A DNA stretch of 64,000 nt from Carcharhinus amblyrhynchos (lineage: Eukaryota): assembly GCA_965287045.1 (NCBI GenBank), contig OZ336874.1, forward strand, positions 2,232,001 through 2,296,000. The letters are read 5' to 3'. Below, one piece after another: positions 21,126 through 33,869 of the stretch. A program made the translations under genes and the position numbers. The notes below the pieces were generated by a model. The model had not been told where the DNA came from and did not search any database. It was given only the letters and a program-made list of their open reading frames with translations. The number at the start of each line of letters is the position of its first letter. Position 1 is the stretch's first letter.

Positions 21126-24100
21126 TCAGATGATGGAGGGAATCCATGAGCATGAGAGAATCTGAGATGGATACCATAGGAATGTGCAGTGTACAGAAGC
21201 CCAGATAATTGGGAACATAGGGAAGGAACGTCAGCCAGAAGAGTGGGATACCGGAGACAGCAGGAACCTCGAGATTGTGGGCTTCTGAGGGCAACAGCCT
21301 AAAGAGCGTTGAAGCCTGTGAAGAATAGGAACCCAAGGAGGATGGGAACTGGTATGAGAGTGAGCTCAGTGAGAATGCATGCCTAAAGAGAATGGAAGGT
21401 CTTCAATTTGAGGGGAGTATTAGTGCTGAGTAATTCTAGGATCCCAAGGAAAATGAGTATCTGTGGCGGGTGGAAACCTTATGTTTGAAGAGGTTTGACT
21501 CTAGAAATAACACAGAGAAGAGGAAAGAGAGAACCAAAGGAGTGAGGAAAAACAACATGGTGAGAGCAGTACAAAGAAAGAACAGAGTACTAGAAGAGCA
21601 ACAGAAAGAGTTGGATCCCTGAGAGATAAATAGGCCTGGAGGAGCAAGAAGCCAAGGAGTGGAGAGAACATGAGCCCAGAGAAAATGGTATCCCACAGAC
21701 AGTGAGTGCATGAAGAGAGCATGTGCCCAGTGAAAACGAGAAGTCGGATTTTGCAAATGCAAGAGAATACCAAAATCAGACCTCAATGTGAGGATAGCGT
21801 GGAGCATGGTTGTTGAGAGAGGATAGAAGCCTGGAGTGAATGAGAACCTGGACAATTTGAATCCAAAGAATGTGCGTCACTGAAGTGGGAAGGAATCTGG
21901 GTAGAATGCTGAGGCAACAGAAGCTTGGCAAGTGCGGGAGTCTGGAGAGAACTGGAATTTGAAGAGTTCAGATGACCAGTGGCAGCAAAAACGTGGAGAA
22001 AGACAATTGAGCCAGAGGCTTGAGAATGTGAAGACAAAAGGAAGTATAGAAGATAAATATGAGCCGAGCAATGGGGAGCATGAACCTGGGAAGAATGGGT
22101 GTCTGGAAAGGAGGAGTGTGCATGAGACTGGGGAGAATGAAAGCTTGTAGAGAGGAGAAGGCAAGAGAACCTGGAACATACACCTGAAAAGAACAAAAGT
22201 CTGAGTGCTTTTGTCAACGCAAAGAAAGCTGTGGCATGGACAGAATGGGAGTCTGTTAGGGCCGGAATCTCTATGCTTGGTGAGAGTGGCAGAGCCTGAG
22301 AGTCCTGGATCATAAGGAGAATGGGAGCCAAGAAACAATGGAAGTCTGTGCTGAGGCGAAAATCGGGCGTGCAAGGGAATGATTGTAGAGGACATGGTGA
22401 AGATGTGAAACTAAAGGATGTGGGATCTGGAGTCAGCAGGAGCCAAAAGAAAAATTGGAACCAGCATATAACTGAATCTTGAGATGGGTCAATTACAGAG
22501 TGTGAATGAAGCCCAGAGTGATTGCGAGGTCAGGAGGAACAACAGCAAGACAGAGCAGGAGTTTGATGCAAACAGAAGCCTGAAGCCAACCTCTGAAGCC
22601 TAGACAACACCAGAGCCCCAAGGAGAATGTGAACCCGTGGAGAGCGGGAGCATGTGGTGAATGAAAACCCAGGAGAGCAGGAATCCAGGAGCAATGGGAG
22701 CTTGGAAGCAGCATGAACCTGAAGAGACACCAGTGAGCATGCTACCCGTGTGAGGGGAAACCTGAAGATAACGGTCAGAGAGAATTAATCGAAAGGGAAC
22801 TGAAGCCCAGAAAAAATAAGCCAGGAGGAAAGGGATGCCCAAACACAAGCTGGTACCTGGTACAAGTGGATTTCTAGAAGACGTGAAGTCTGGCAAAAGG
22901 AAATAATTATAAGGAGCAGGCGACCAGTGTGTGCAAAGCAAGAGAGCAGGAGGCTGGAGAGCACAAAAGCCCAATGTGTGCTCAACTGAAGAGAGCAGGA
23001 TACTGGAAGATACACGAGTGCCAGATACTGAGGAACATGGGAACTTGGATAGTATGGGAAGTCAGTAAGAGATTGAGAAAAGCAAGACCTAGAGAAATGG
23101 CAGGAGCTCAGAGATATCAAGAGCTGAAAGATAACTGGAGCCCAGAGATTGTGGGTAAATTAATCTCTTACATTTGGAACTCTAGTCTTTAGATCTAAAT
23201 GACAAATGAATCTTGGTTCTGCCTCAGCTTCTTGTACCTGGTGTTAATAGGATGATTTTGGTTCTCTGAGCAAAGAAGACCCACAATGATGGAGGAAAAT
23301 CTGAAAGCATTCACACACTGCACATTAGCATAACACGCACAGATTAAAAGTTTACAGTTCCAGGAAGAAAGAAATTTAATATCATGGTGAATGGATGGAA
23401 CTGGGGCTGAGTTCTCTAATTTGATTCAGAGACTGATATTGGGGTGATTTGAGAACAGAATTGCAATCAACTGGCCTGAATCAACACTCAAAGACTGAGG
23501 CTTGTGGAGATCACTCACTGTTTTCACTTATTCATGGGAGAGTTTTAGTAATTTAACTTCATTGTTGTGATGAGGGTTTAATCTGAGATTTTCTTACTAA
23601 GGGTGTTTAGAGCTAAGGTGTGTATTTTATTGGTGATGTTTTGTGTTGAGATGGAATTTTACTTATAATGTTTTGAGCTTCATGGGAGTTCTTTTGAGGT
23701 GATTTGGTGCTGAGATGGGTGTTTTACTGAGGACTTTAGATCTGTAATATTGTTTCATTCAGGAGAGTTGAATGTGGAGGCTGCATTGTTTATTGAGAGG
23801 GTTTAGTAATGTGTGCCCAGGATTAATTGATCAGTTGGGGGTTTATTGTGGTATTCTAGTGCTGAGTGCATTCATTCCGCCAGTTGATACAGGGTGATGG
23901 GGTGGCAGTTGCAAGCGGAGCTGTGACTTAGCCCACTTAGGTAAAGAGATTTGCTACAAGAATCGACATAAGTGACAGCTAAGGCCACAGAGTTATGAGA
24001 CAGTGGCTCAGACCCTGTTGGCTGCCATGAAGATTGCATATTTCAAGGTTGAGGAAATTCTCCCAACAAATAAACGTAGAGTGTAATCCCACTCAGCTTT

Positions 24101-24689
24101 TGAAAATCATTTCTGAAATCTACTTGGAACAACTGCAATTGAGCATGTCCAAGCTTTTATCATTCTGGTGAATATTCACTTACAACGTGAAGAGGAGATT
24201 TTGGATGCTGGATACTTTTGCACCTCCCAGAACCATGAGTAGAGCTTTGCAAGAAATCAATTTGAGAGGTAAGTTCATCCTTGCTCTCATCAGCAAGGAA
24301 ACAAACGCAGGAGGCAAGAGTGTAAAGGTAATAATTTCAGTGAAACTGGTTTTGAGCAAGGAGACCAGGCCATAGCTTGCCATGAACAGGGAGATGAACT
24401 TTTGGCTGCAGTAATCACAGCAGCTCGACACTAGGCATCAGCATTGAAAACAGCACCACACACTGACTTGATAACCACCTCGTATGTGACACTTCTGGTA
24501 AAAACCACTTCTTGTGGATTGGCCTCTTCAGCCATCAGCAGAAATACACCATGTGGTCATCTCATTCTATTGGTCAGACAATTCTCACCTCAAGCTGGGT
24601 GATCCCAACTAGTGATATACAAATCCCACCAACTTCTGCCTTCCTCTCAGGATAGTGGGAGATAACAGGTGAAAGAGTAAATGGAAAGT

Positions 24690-27035
24690 GTGTAGCAGTG
24701 AAACTAAAACGAGAAATCTTCCAGCTTGAAAGATGCAGCATCAGAACTGTATCCTGGCATAAACATTCGCCCATAGTGTACAGCAGTTGTGTGTAGGAAG
24801 CTCTGATTGTACGAGAGCTATGCAAGTGGGAGTTGTCATTACTACTCAAATAGCAGGCAGATTAACCAACAGACGCCATGTGTAAGGTTAGCTACAACTT
24901 CTATTGCCATATTAAGAGCAAAGTGATCACCATAATGTTGGCTTTGCAGTTAGCAATATATTGACATACTCAGTTGATTAAACAATAGCAACATCTGGAC
25001 ACCTCACCTGTAATACACTGTGGATCACGTTCCATCTGTTTATTCATAAATTAGTTCAAGACACCGACTCAATCAGACGGATTCATGCTGTTTATGCCTT
25101 GGTCATGGAATTGTACAGAATACAATGACAACAGACATCAATCTCTTGAATTCTGCTCCGAATCTTTCAACCGTTGCCACATGGTACCCTGTTATCTAAA
25201 TCAGGCCCTTGGCACCAATCTGACCTAATCATCAGTAGAAGCAATCTGCCTGGTCTTCTCCATACAACTGCATCATACAACACTGATCAATCGTTCTCTT
25301 ATCAGCATCAGAGTGAAGTGCAACCCTGAATATTTTATATCTACAACACGATAGCTTGTCAGGCCTCAACATCTATGTTAAAAGAAATTACGACAAATAC
25401 TCACAGTTTGCTTTGGCTTTGAACAATTTCCAGGTCATGAAGTGTTGCCAGGAAATGCCGCTGCAGATATTGAAGGTTGCAAGTTACTGAGTTCAGTTAT
25501 GGTACAGCATTGCCAACAATTGGTAAAGGTGGAACCAGCAACTATAATTGATTTGAGGTTTACCCAATACCACATCGACCATTACAGGAAAAAGCAACAG
25601 AGCTTCCAGTTGCACAAGAGAAAGCTAACAGCCAAAATACTGCCTGAATTGAAGGGAACCAAGTCAGATGTGCAAAAAACAGACAGTAATCACTTAATCC
25701 TGCCTCAGATCTACCTATGTCAAAAAATCCAAGCTGACTGTGACAGTGGATTTCTGTGTCCTGAATACTGGGATCGAGAGGACACTTGGTCCTATCATTA
25801 CCAAGTTTCCCTTTTGAAGTAACAGACTGTTATGAAAACTACTGAGAGATGTATTAATATAAGAATGATGTTCGAAATGGTAAACAGCATTTGATGCTCA
25901 TCCACAGCTTCTTACTGTAGACAAGTTAGATGCTGGACTTTCAGTAAGGGAACTTGATAAACCATACATTACTTCATGATAACTTGTCCAGTACAGCACA
26001 TATTGATGGCTCTACTTCCACAGTTTCATTCTGAAGAATAGAGTGAAACAGCCTGTGCTCCTGTTTTTTCTGCTATTCCTTCGTTGTGCTCTTGGCTTTT
26101 GCCTTCCTCCCTATAGGCAAGGATTTTCCATCCAAATAGAATTGATGGCAAAGTCTACGATTTGACTAGATTCAAAGCAAAGACAAAACAACAGCATGCC
26201 TTGATCAGAGAACTCATCTATGCTAATGAAACCTCACTAGTCACCTACTTGGACACTGAGCTACAAGGACATGTGGATTTGCTCTCCTATAGCAGTAACT
26301 TATTTCCCCTACTATAAACATCAACAAAACTGTGGCCATTTGCCTTTTAATCACACTAAACAACACTCATTGAAAGCAGTTAGCAAGGTGTGTATATACT
26401 GTGGTCTGTAGTGGCAGATAATCTCACTGAACTGATGCAAAGTGAATGCAACTACCATCATTGTCTGACACTCAAGATGTGTGTGGAAGAACATCAAACT
26501 GACCCTTTGGATCGCCGATATGTTGGTTTATGAGGCCTGTGTTTCCAGAACTTCGTTGTACGACTGTGAAGCATATATGACCTACAGCTCTCAAGACGAG
26601 GTACATCAGTATTCAAATTAAGTGTGTGTGGTGCACTGTTAGCATCTGACGGAAAGTGAAAATGACAAAATGATGGTCCTCTTGAAAGCAAACCAAGTAT
26701 CCGTGTTTGGGTTTCCAGGAAACATTCAGAGCCATGTGTGACAGATATTCTATATGGGAAGGTGTCTGAAGGCGGAAGACCAATTGGATGTCCAAATCTC
26801 CGCTTCGAGGAAGCGTTCCATGAAGCATCATGTAAAGGCTGCAAATGTTAATCGGCAGATGGAACAGTTTGACAGCAGGCTCCAAAAGCAGATTCTGAAA
26901 TCAACAGCACATAATCATATTATATGTGGCCTCTGTGTTGAACCTGCCTTTTAGGTGTTGGTCTGTTCGGCCATCAACAAAAGTGTATTATGTGTTTTTT
27001 ACATATCAGGTATTTCACGTAGATGGAAGAATGCT
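24690..27035 (+). mobile_element. Decayed RTE-clade LINE, array copy 2
   Basis: IDGKVYDLTRFKAKTK..HALIRELIYANETSLVT resembles the RTE RT pattern DGKLFNLARLRAKTK...LIRELLFADD. Confidence 0.85.
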
Positions 27036-28837
27036 TCTGATGACAGAGGGAACCCATGAGCCAGGATGAAGACAGGTGGAGGCAGTGGGAGCATGCAGTG
27101 TGCAGAAGCCCAGATAATTAAGATCATGTGGAGAAAACATGATCCGAGAAAGCGTGGGACACAGGAGAGAGCAGGAGCTTTGATTGTTGGATTCTGAGTG
27201 CAACAACAACCTGAAGACAATGTGGCAAGTGGGAACCCAAGAATGATAGAGACTGAGAGCTCCCAGGAACTGGAGTGAGTGAATGCAGTGAGAATGCATG
27301 CCAGGAGAGAATAAAAGCTTGACAATCTGAGGAGAGTATTAGAGCTGAGAAATTGTGGGATCCCAAGGAAAATGAGTCTCCGTGCTGGATGAAAACCGTA
27401 TTTGGGGAGGACTCCAGAAAGGACACATCAGAGGGGAAAGCAAAGACAGAGCAGAAGGAGTGAGGAAACACAACATGCCACGAGCAGGAACATGGAGAGA
27501 GCACTGCAAAGAAAGAACAGGAGAAGAGAAGAGAGCACGAGAGGAGCAACAGGAAAAACTGGAGCCCTGAAAGTTAAAGGAGCTGAAGAAGTGAGAAGCT
27601 ATTGTAAGCAGGAGCTTGGAGAGAACACGAGCCTAGTACAAGTAGTAGCCCGAAGACAATGAGTGCATAAAGAAAGTGCCAAGAGACCCGGGCGTAAGCC
27701 CAATGACAGTTAGAAGCCTGAGTGTGCAAATGCCAAAGAATGCTAGAATGTGACCTCAATGAAAGGAAGAGCCTGGAGTATTGGTGTCAAGAGAGGACAG
27801 AAACCCGGAGTGACTGAGAGACTGGGCAATTTGTAATCAAATAAAGTGAGAAACTGAAATGAAGAGTTTGGGAAAACACAGAATGCTGAGACAGCAGGAG
27901 CTTAGAGAGTGCAGGAGCAACAAGAGAACTGGAGCTTGGAGAGTGCAGATGCCTCGAGGCAGCTCAAACACAGAAAATCATCAGTGAGTAGGAGGCTTGA
28001 GAATGTAAAGCCTGGGAGTGCAGGAGCTAAGTGAGAGCCAAGAAATCGGAGTCTGGATCAAAGGACTGTGAGAGAAATTGGGGAGAGTGGAAGCTTGGGG
28101 GAAGGTGGAGGCGAGGGAGCTTAATCAGACTGGGTGACATGGGAGAGAGAGAGAGGGGGTTGGAAGAGAATGGGAGGCTAGTGAGAGCAGGAGTCCAGAT
28201 GGAAGAAAGGGGGAGCAAGTAGAAGCTTGGTGTGTGCAGGACCCAGAAACAGCAGTGGCCTGAAGTGGGGGCCTGAAAAGAACAATAGTCATTTGAATGC
28301 TTTTTGAAACACAGAGAAAGCGGTAGCGTGGACAGATCAGGAGAGTGGGAACATTGGTAGGTGTACCAGCAGCTGGGAGTCCTGAATCCTGTGAAGAATA
28401 GAAGCAAGAAACAGTGCAAGTCTGGACTAAGGGAAAACTAGAGTGAGTAAGAGACTGGTTAGAGCAGGACTGGTGGAAGGTGTGAACCCACAGGAAAGTG
28501 GAATGTGAAGTCAGCAGGAACCAAAAGAAAATCGGAACCAATATATGTTTGAATTTTAAGGTTCACTTGCATTACAGAATGCGAGTAAAGACCAGAGCAA
28601 TTATGAGGTCGGAATGAACATAGGTGAAGGAGAGCGAGAGCCAGATGCAGGCAGAAGCTTGGAGCCAGATGCAGGCAGAAGCTTGAAGCTAGTGGGAATC
28701 TAAAGAGAATGTGAGCCCTTTGAGAGCAGGAGCATGTGATGAATGAAAGAGTTCAGGAATGCAGGAACGATGGGAGTTTGTAGGGAGCATGAATTTGAAC
28801 AGGAGCATACTACCTGTATGAGGGGAAACCCAAAGAT

Positions 28838-29012
28838 GTGCTCTTAGGCTGATTGGTTTACCAAATTGACACTACTCTCCCCTGAATCTGGCTAAGGTAG
28901 GGGTTCCACTCGCAGACACGCAGGGCAGGGTAGGTGTAGGAGGATGCAGCGGCGCGGGCTTGTTGGGCCAAAGGGCCTGTTTCCCGTGCTGGGTTGTTCT
29001 TTGTTCTTTGTT
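28838..29012 (+). mobile_element. 5'-truncated SINE 3' part with (TTTGTTC)n tail
   Basis: aaagatgtgc..ttaggctgattgg, gggccaaagggcctgtttc; interrupts the host motif ggaaacctgaagataacagg seen intact at 22756 and 39729. Confidence 0.7.
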
Positions 29013-30184
29013 CTGAAGATAACAGGACTCAAAAGTTAAACGAAAGAGGTAGATGTCAGGAGGGAAGGGTATCCAATCACAGGCAAGTGCCTGGTAGGAG
29101 TAAATTTCTAACGGGTGTGGAAGTCCAGCGAGAGGCAAAAACTGAGGAGTAGGAGACCAGTGTGTGCAAAGAAAGAGCAGGAGGCTGGACTGCACAGAAG
29201 CCTGATGTGAATGCAGCTAAAGACAGCAGAGGGAGGTGGAGAATCCTGGAAGATAAGTGAGTCCCAGACACTAGGAATATGGGAACTTGGAGAGTGTGGG
29301 ATGTCTGAAGAAGATCAAAACAAGCAAGACCACAAAGAGTGCAGAAGTGAAAGAAAATTAGAGCCCAGAGACTGCAGCTCCTGGAAAGAGTGAGAGCCAA
29401 GAGAGCGCAGGAGGCTGGGACTAATGGGAGCTTGAAGAAATCTTAAAGCTTGAGCCATTGCCAGCGAGCATGGATTCAGCTGAACCCACAGAAAACTGGA
29501 GCCCCAAAAGAGAGAATGAAGCTGACAGATACCGAGAGAAAGCAGGAGCATGGAGAGAAAGAGACTATTGATTAGAAGTATCTGTTGCTGTTTGATTAGT
29601 TGCAGTACTTAGGAACACAATTGTAGGTAAATGATACTCATGTATTTTGAATTCTAGCCTGTGGGTCTAAATGACAAATGAATCCTGGTTCTGTGTCAGC
29701 TTGTTGTATCTGGCGTTAATAGTGGGATTTTGATGCTCTGAGCAAGGATAAGATTCACAATGATGGAGGAAAGTCTGAAAGCATTCACTCACTGTACATT
29801 AGCATAGCACGCGCAGATCAAATGTTTTACAGCTCCAGGAAAATTAAATTTAATGTCATGGTGAATGGAAGGAACTGGGGCTGAGTTCCCAAATTTGATG
29901 CTGAGACTGATGTTAGGACAATGCAAGAAAGCAGAACTGCCGTCAACTGGCCTAGATTAGTATGAGAAAAATTAAATGTGGACATGAATGTTCTGTCAAA
30001 TTATATGCAGGGTTGGAAAAACGGTGAAAAGAAAATGGCCAGGATTTTTATTTGGGAGGTAGAATGCAAAAGTCATATTTTGTTTGGAATTACCAATTGG
30101 GTGGTATTGTGCAGTTTTCCTGCCGTGAGAACTTGATACTTTGAGGGTTTGGCCTGTGAAGTGAGGAAATCTGCTGCCCTGAGG

Positions 30185-30983
30185 ATTGTTTTGATTAATT
30201 ATTGTCAAATGTATTAGTATACAATAAAAAGTGTTGTTTCTTGCATACTATACAGACAAAGTATATCATTTATTGAGAAGGAAAGGAGTGCAGAATGTAA
30301 TGTTAGTCTTAGCTAGGATGTGGAGAAATTCAAAATTCAGATGGCAGCAGGGAAGAAGCTGTTCTTGAGTTGGTTGGTATGCAACCTCAGACTTTTGTAT
30401 CATTTTTCTGATGGAAGAAGGTGGAAGAGAGTTTGCCCGGAGAGTGTGGGGTCCTTAATTATGCTGGTTGCTTTTCCGAGGCAGCAGGAAGTGTAGAGAG
30501 AGTCAATGGATGGGAGGCTGGTTTGCATGGTGGATTGGGCTACATTCACAACTTTTTGTAGCTTCTTGCAGTCTTGAGCAGAGCAGGAGCCACATCAAGT
30601 TGTGATATAACCAGAAGGAATGCTTTTTATGGTGCACCTATAAAAGCTGGTGAGAGTCATAACTGACATGTCAAATTTCCTTAGTCTTCTGAGAAAGTAG
30701 AGGCATTGGTGGGGTTTCTAACTATGGTGTCAGCATGGGGGGACTAGGACAGGTCATTGGTGATCTGGACACCTAAAAACCATTTCTACTTCATCCCCAT
30801 TGATACAGACGGGGGCATGTCCTCCACAGTGCTTCCTGAAGTCCATGACTATCTTCTTTGTTTCGTTAACATTGTGGGAAAGATTACTGTGTCACACCAG
30901 TTTACCAAATTCTCTGTCTCATTCCTGTGCATTGTTTGAGATCCAACCCGCTACGATGGTGTTATCAGCAAACTTGAGCAGAT
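30185..30983 (-). mobile_element. Rex1/Babar-like LINE, 5'-truncated, inserted into block C
   Basis: LLKFADNTIVAGWISNN (KFADDTTVVGLISNN type); 3' part is the reverse complement of 38235-38672. Confidence 0.8.
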
Positions 30984-33869
30984 GGTGGTGGTAGCAGCCT
31001 GGGCAAAATAAACTTGTGGAATTTCTAAATCTGGTTGACATGGACTGGTGATCTGTCATTTGAACTCTACCCTGTATGCAAAGTGGCTTAATTGTACAAG
31101 CAGAGCAGGTATAGACCCAGGAATTATTGGCTATGGTAAAGTGACATCTAATGGCGCAGTGGTCCCTCCAGGCCTGAAGAAATGTAGAGATCCCAGTAAA
31201 ATTGTATGGGAGAATATGAATGCTGAAAAACAGCTTGAATCTGTGCAGCGTCAATACCACATTTTAGATCAAATGAAGGCTATCTTGTGAGAGCAGGGGC
31301 ACACTGAAAACAGCAGGTAGGGAGAGAGTGGGAGCCGTAAGATATTAAATGCCCAGAGGGCGAGGGAGCATCAACCCTGAGAGAGTTGATGGGAGTCAGG
31401 GAAATATGAAAGCTTGCAGTCATCGGGTGTCCAGTGTAAGTGGAGGTCTAGAAAAAGGGGAGTTTGTACAGAATGGGAGCAAAGAAAGCATAGTGGTTTA
31501 GAGAGTTGGAGCCTGGACAGCATTGAATTGAAGAGAGCAGGAGCATGGTTGATCGGAAGCTGAAGAACAGGAGAGCCTGTTTGTTTGAGAACAGAAGAAT
31601 GAGATGAATGAAAGCCTGGAACAGTGGAAGCTTGGGGCCAATGTGGAACTGAACAAGGACCAGAGAATGTGGAATGCCTGCAAGTGAAAACCTGAAAATA
31701 ACAGGAGGCAGGGAGAGAGAGAGCCCAAAGAGAACCGGAATGCTGAGAGAGCAGATGCCAGGAGGGAAGGGAGTTCAAACAAAGGCAGGAGTCTGGTGAG
31801 AGTGGACATTCAAGAGGACATGAAGGCCCTGAGATACGGGATAGCAATTAAGAGCAGGAGGCCGATGTGTGTAAAGGGAAAAGAGAACAGAAAGCTGGAG
31901 AGCACAAAAGACCAGTGTGAGCTCAGCTGATGAGTGCAGAATCCTTGAAAATACAGAAAACAGGAGCACGCCAGAGATGGACCTTGGAGAGTGGGAAGCC
32001 TGAGGGAGCTCAAGAAAACCAAGACCCCAAAGCATGAGGAGCTTAGTGAAATCAAGAGCTGAAAAATAATTGGAGCCCAGAGACTGCAGTTCCTGGAAAG
32101 AGTGAGAGAAGAGTCAAAGAAGCAGAAGGAAGAGCTTGCAGAGTTCAAAATCTTTTGTGAGTTTGAGCCACTGAGCAACTGATGCAGTAAGAGCCCAAAG
32201 AAATCTGGAGCCACAGATGAGGGGAACAGAGTTGACAGAAACCTAGAGAAAGCAGGAGCATACTGAGAAAGACTTGATTGGCAAGTATATGTTGCTGTCT
32301 GGTTAGTTGCAGAACTTAGGAACATAACTGTGGTGGGTAAATGAACCTTATGCATTTGGAATTCTAGTCTATGGATTTAAATGATAAATGAATCCTGGTT
32401 CTGCCTCAGCTTGTATCTGTTGTTAATAGTGGGACTTTGATGTTCTGAGCAAGGACAAGACTCTCAATGATGGAATAAAGTCTGAAAGCATTTGTACACT
32501 GCACATTAGCATAACACACGCCGATTAAAAGTTTTTTACAGCTCCAGGAAGGGAGAAATTTAATAACATGATGAATGGCAGGAAGCAGGGCTGAGTTCCC
32601 AAATTTGATTTAGGGACTGGTATTGGAATGATCCAGGAGAACAGAACTGCAGTCACCTGACCTAGATTACTTCTGAAAAGTGGACATGAATAATCTGTCA
32701 AATGATATGCAGTGTCAGAAAAAAAAGTAAAAAGAATAAAGGCCAGGGTTTACTTCAGGTAAGAGAGCAATAAAAGTCACATTTTATTTGGAACTACCAA
32801 TTGCTGAAGGGTGATATTGGGCATTTTTTCCAATGCTGAGAACTTGATAGTTTGAAGCCTTGACCTGTGAAGTGCACAAACCTGCTGTCCTGATGGAGCA
32901 GATATGGGTGATGGCAGCAGCCTGAGTGAAATAAACTGATGGAAATTCAGGATCTTGTTGTCACGGATTGGTTCATTCAAACTCCACCCTGTCACAAAAT
33001 GGTTTAATTTGGACAAGCAAGGCAGGTATAGACCCAGGAATTGGTTATAATAAAGTGACATGTAATGGTGGAGGATTTATCTTGTGATTTCCCTCATGCC
33101 TGAGGAAATGTAGAGATCCGAGTAAAGCTATATGGGACAATATGTTTGCTGAAATACAGCAAGAAGCTATACAGCATCCAGACCGCATTTTGGATCAAGT
33201 TTACAAATGTTGATGACTCCCTAAGGTTGTCTTGTGACAGGTAGCACAACTTGGTATACGTTGCGGACCTAATGGATGTAGTCTGCAAATCAGAACCCAG
33301 AGTTTTTTAATTAATGTAAGTTTATTGTTGTGATGTGGCTTGAATCTGAGGGTTTCTTACTTGAGGATGTTTAGTGCTGATATGTGGATTTTGTTGGGGA
33401 TGATTAGTGCTGAGGTGGGATTTTACTTCAGACGTTTTAAGCGGAAGTGGGAGTTGAGGCGATTTGGAGTTGAGATGGGTGTTTTACTGGGGAATTTTAG
33501 ACCTATGATATGATTTTCTTGAGAGTTGAATGCTGAGATGCATTGAGGGTGTGTAATTAATGTATTACATGGATTGATTAATGATGTAGGCGGTTTACTG
33601 AGGGACTTTTCCACCGGTTGGCACAAGGTGATGGTGCCGCTGTTGCAAATGGAGTTGTGGCTTACCTGACATGTCAAATTTTTCTGGTGAATCTCTTTAC
33701 CTAAGAGACAGCTACAACTGCAAAGTCATGAGACTTTGTCTCTGTATTGACTACTACTTTTTATGAAGCTCGAGAGATTTCCAAGCTAAGAAATTTCATC
33801 CGATAATGAACCTGGACTATCATCACGTTAGGCTTTTGAAAACTAAGAAATCTGCTTGTATCAACTCCT

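Noticed and set aside
21130-23150. Immunoglobulin switch-like region (GAGCT/GGAGC motifs, G-rich strand)
   Set aside because: No Ig exons or recombination signals in the window, and AGCT density is modest and irregular; the resemblance is compositional only
29870-30110. Gypsy gag-like reading (VPKFD...) of block C
   Set aside because: Only a few residues match and frameshifts are needed; not supportable without a profile search
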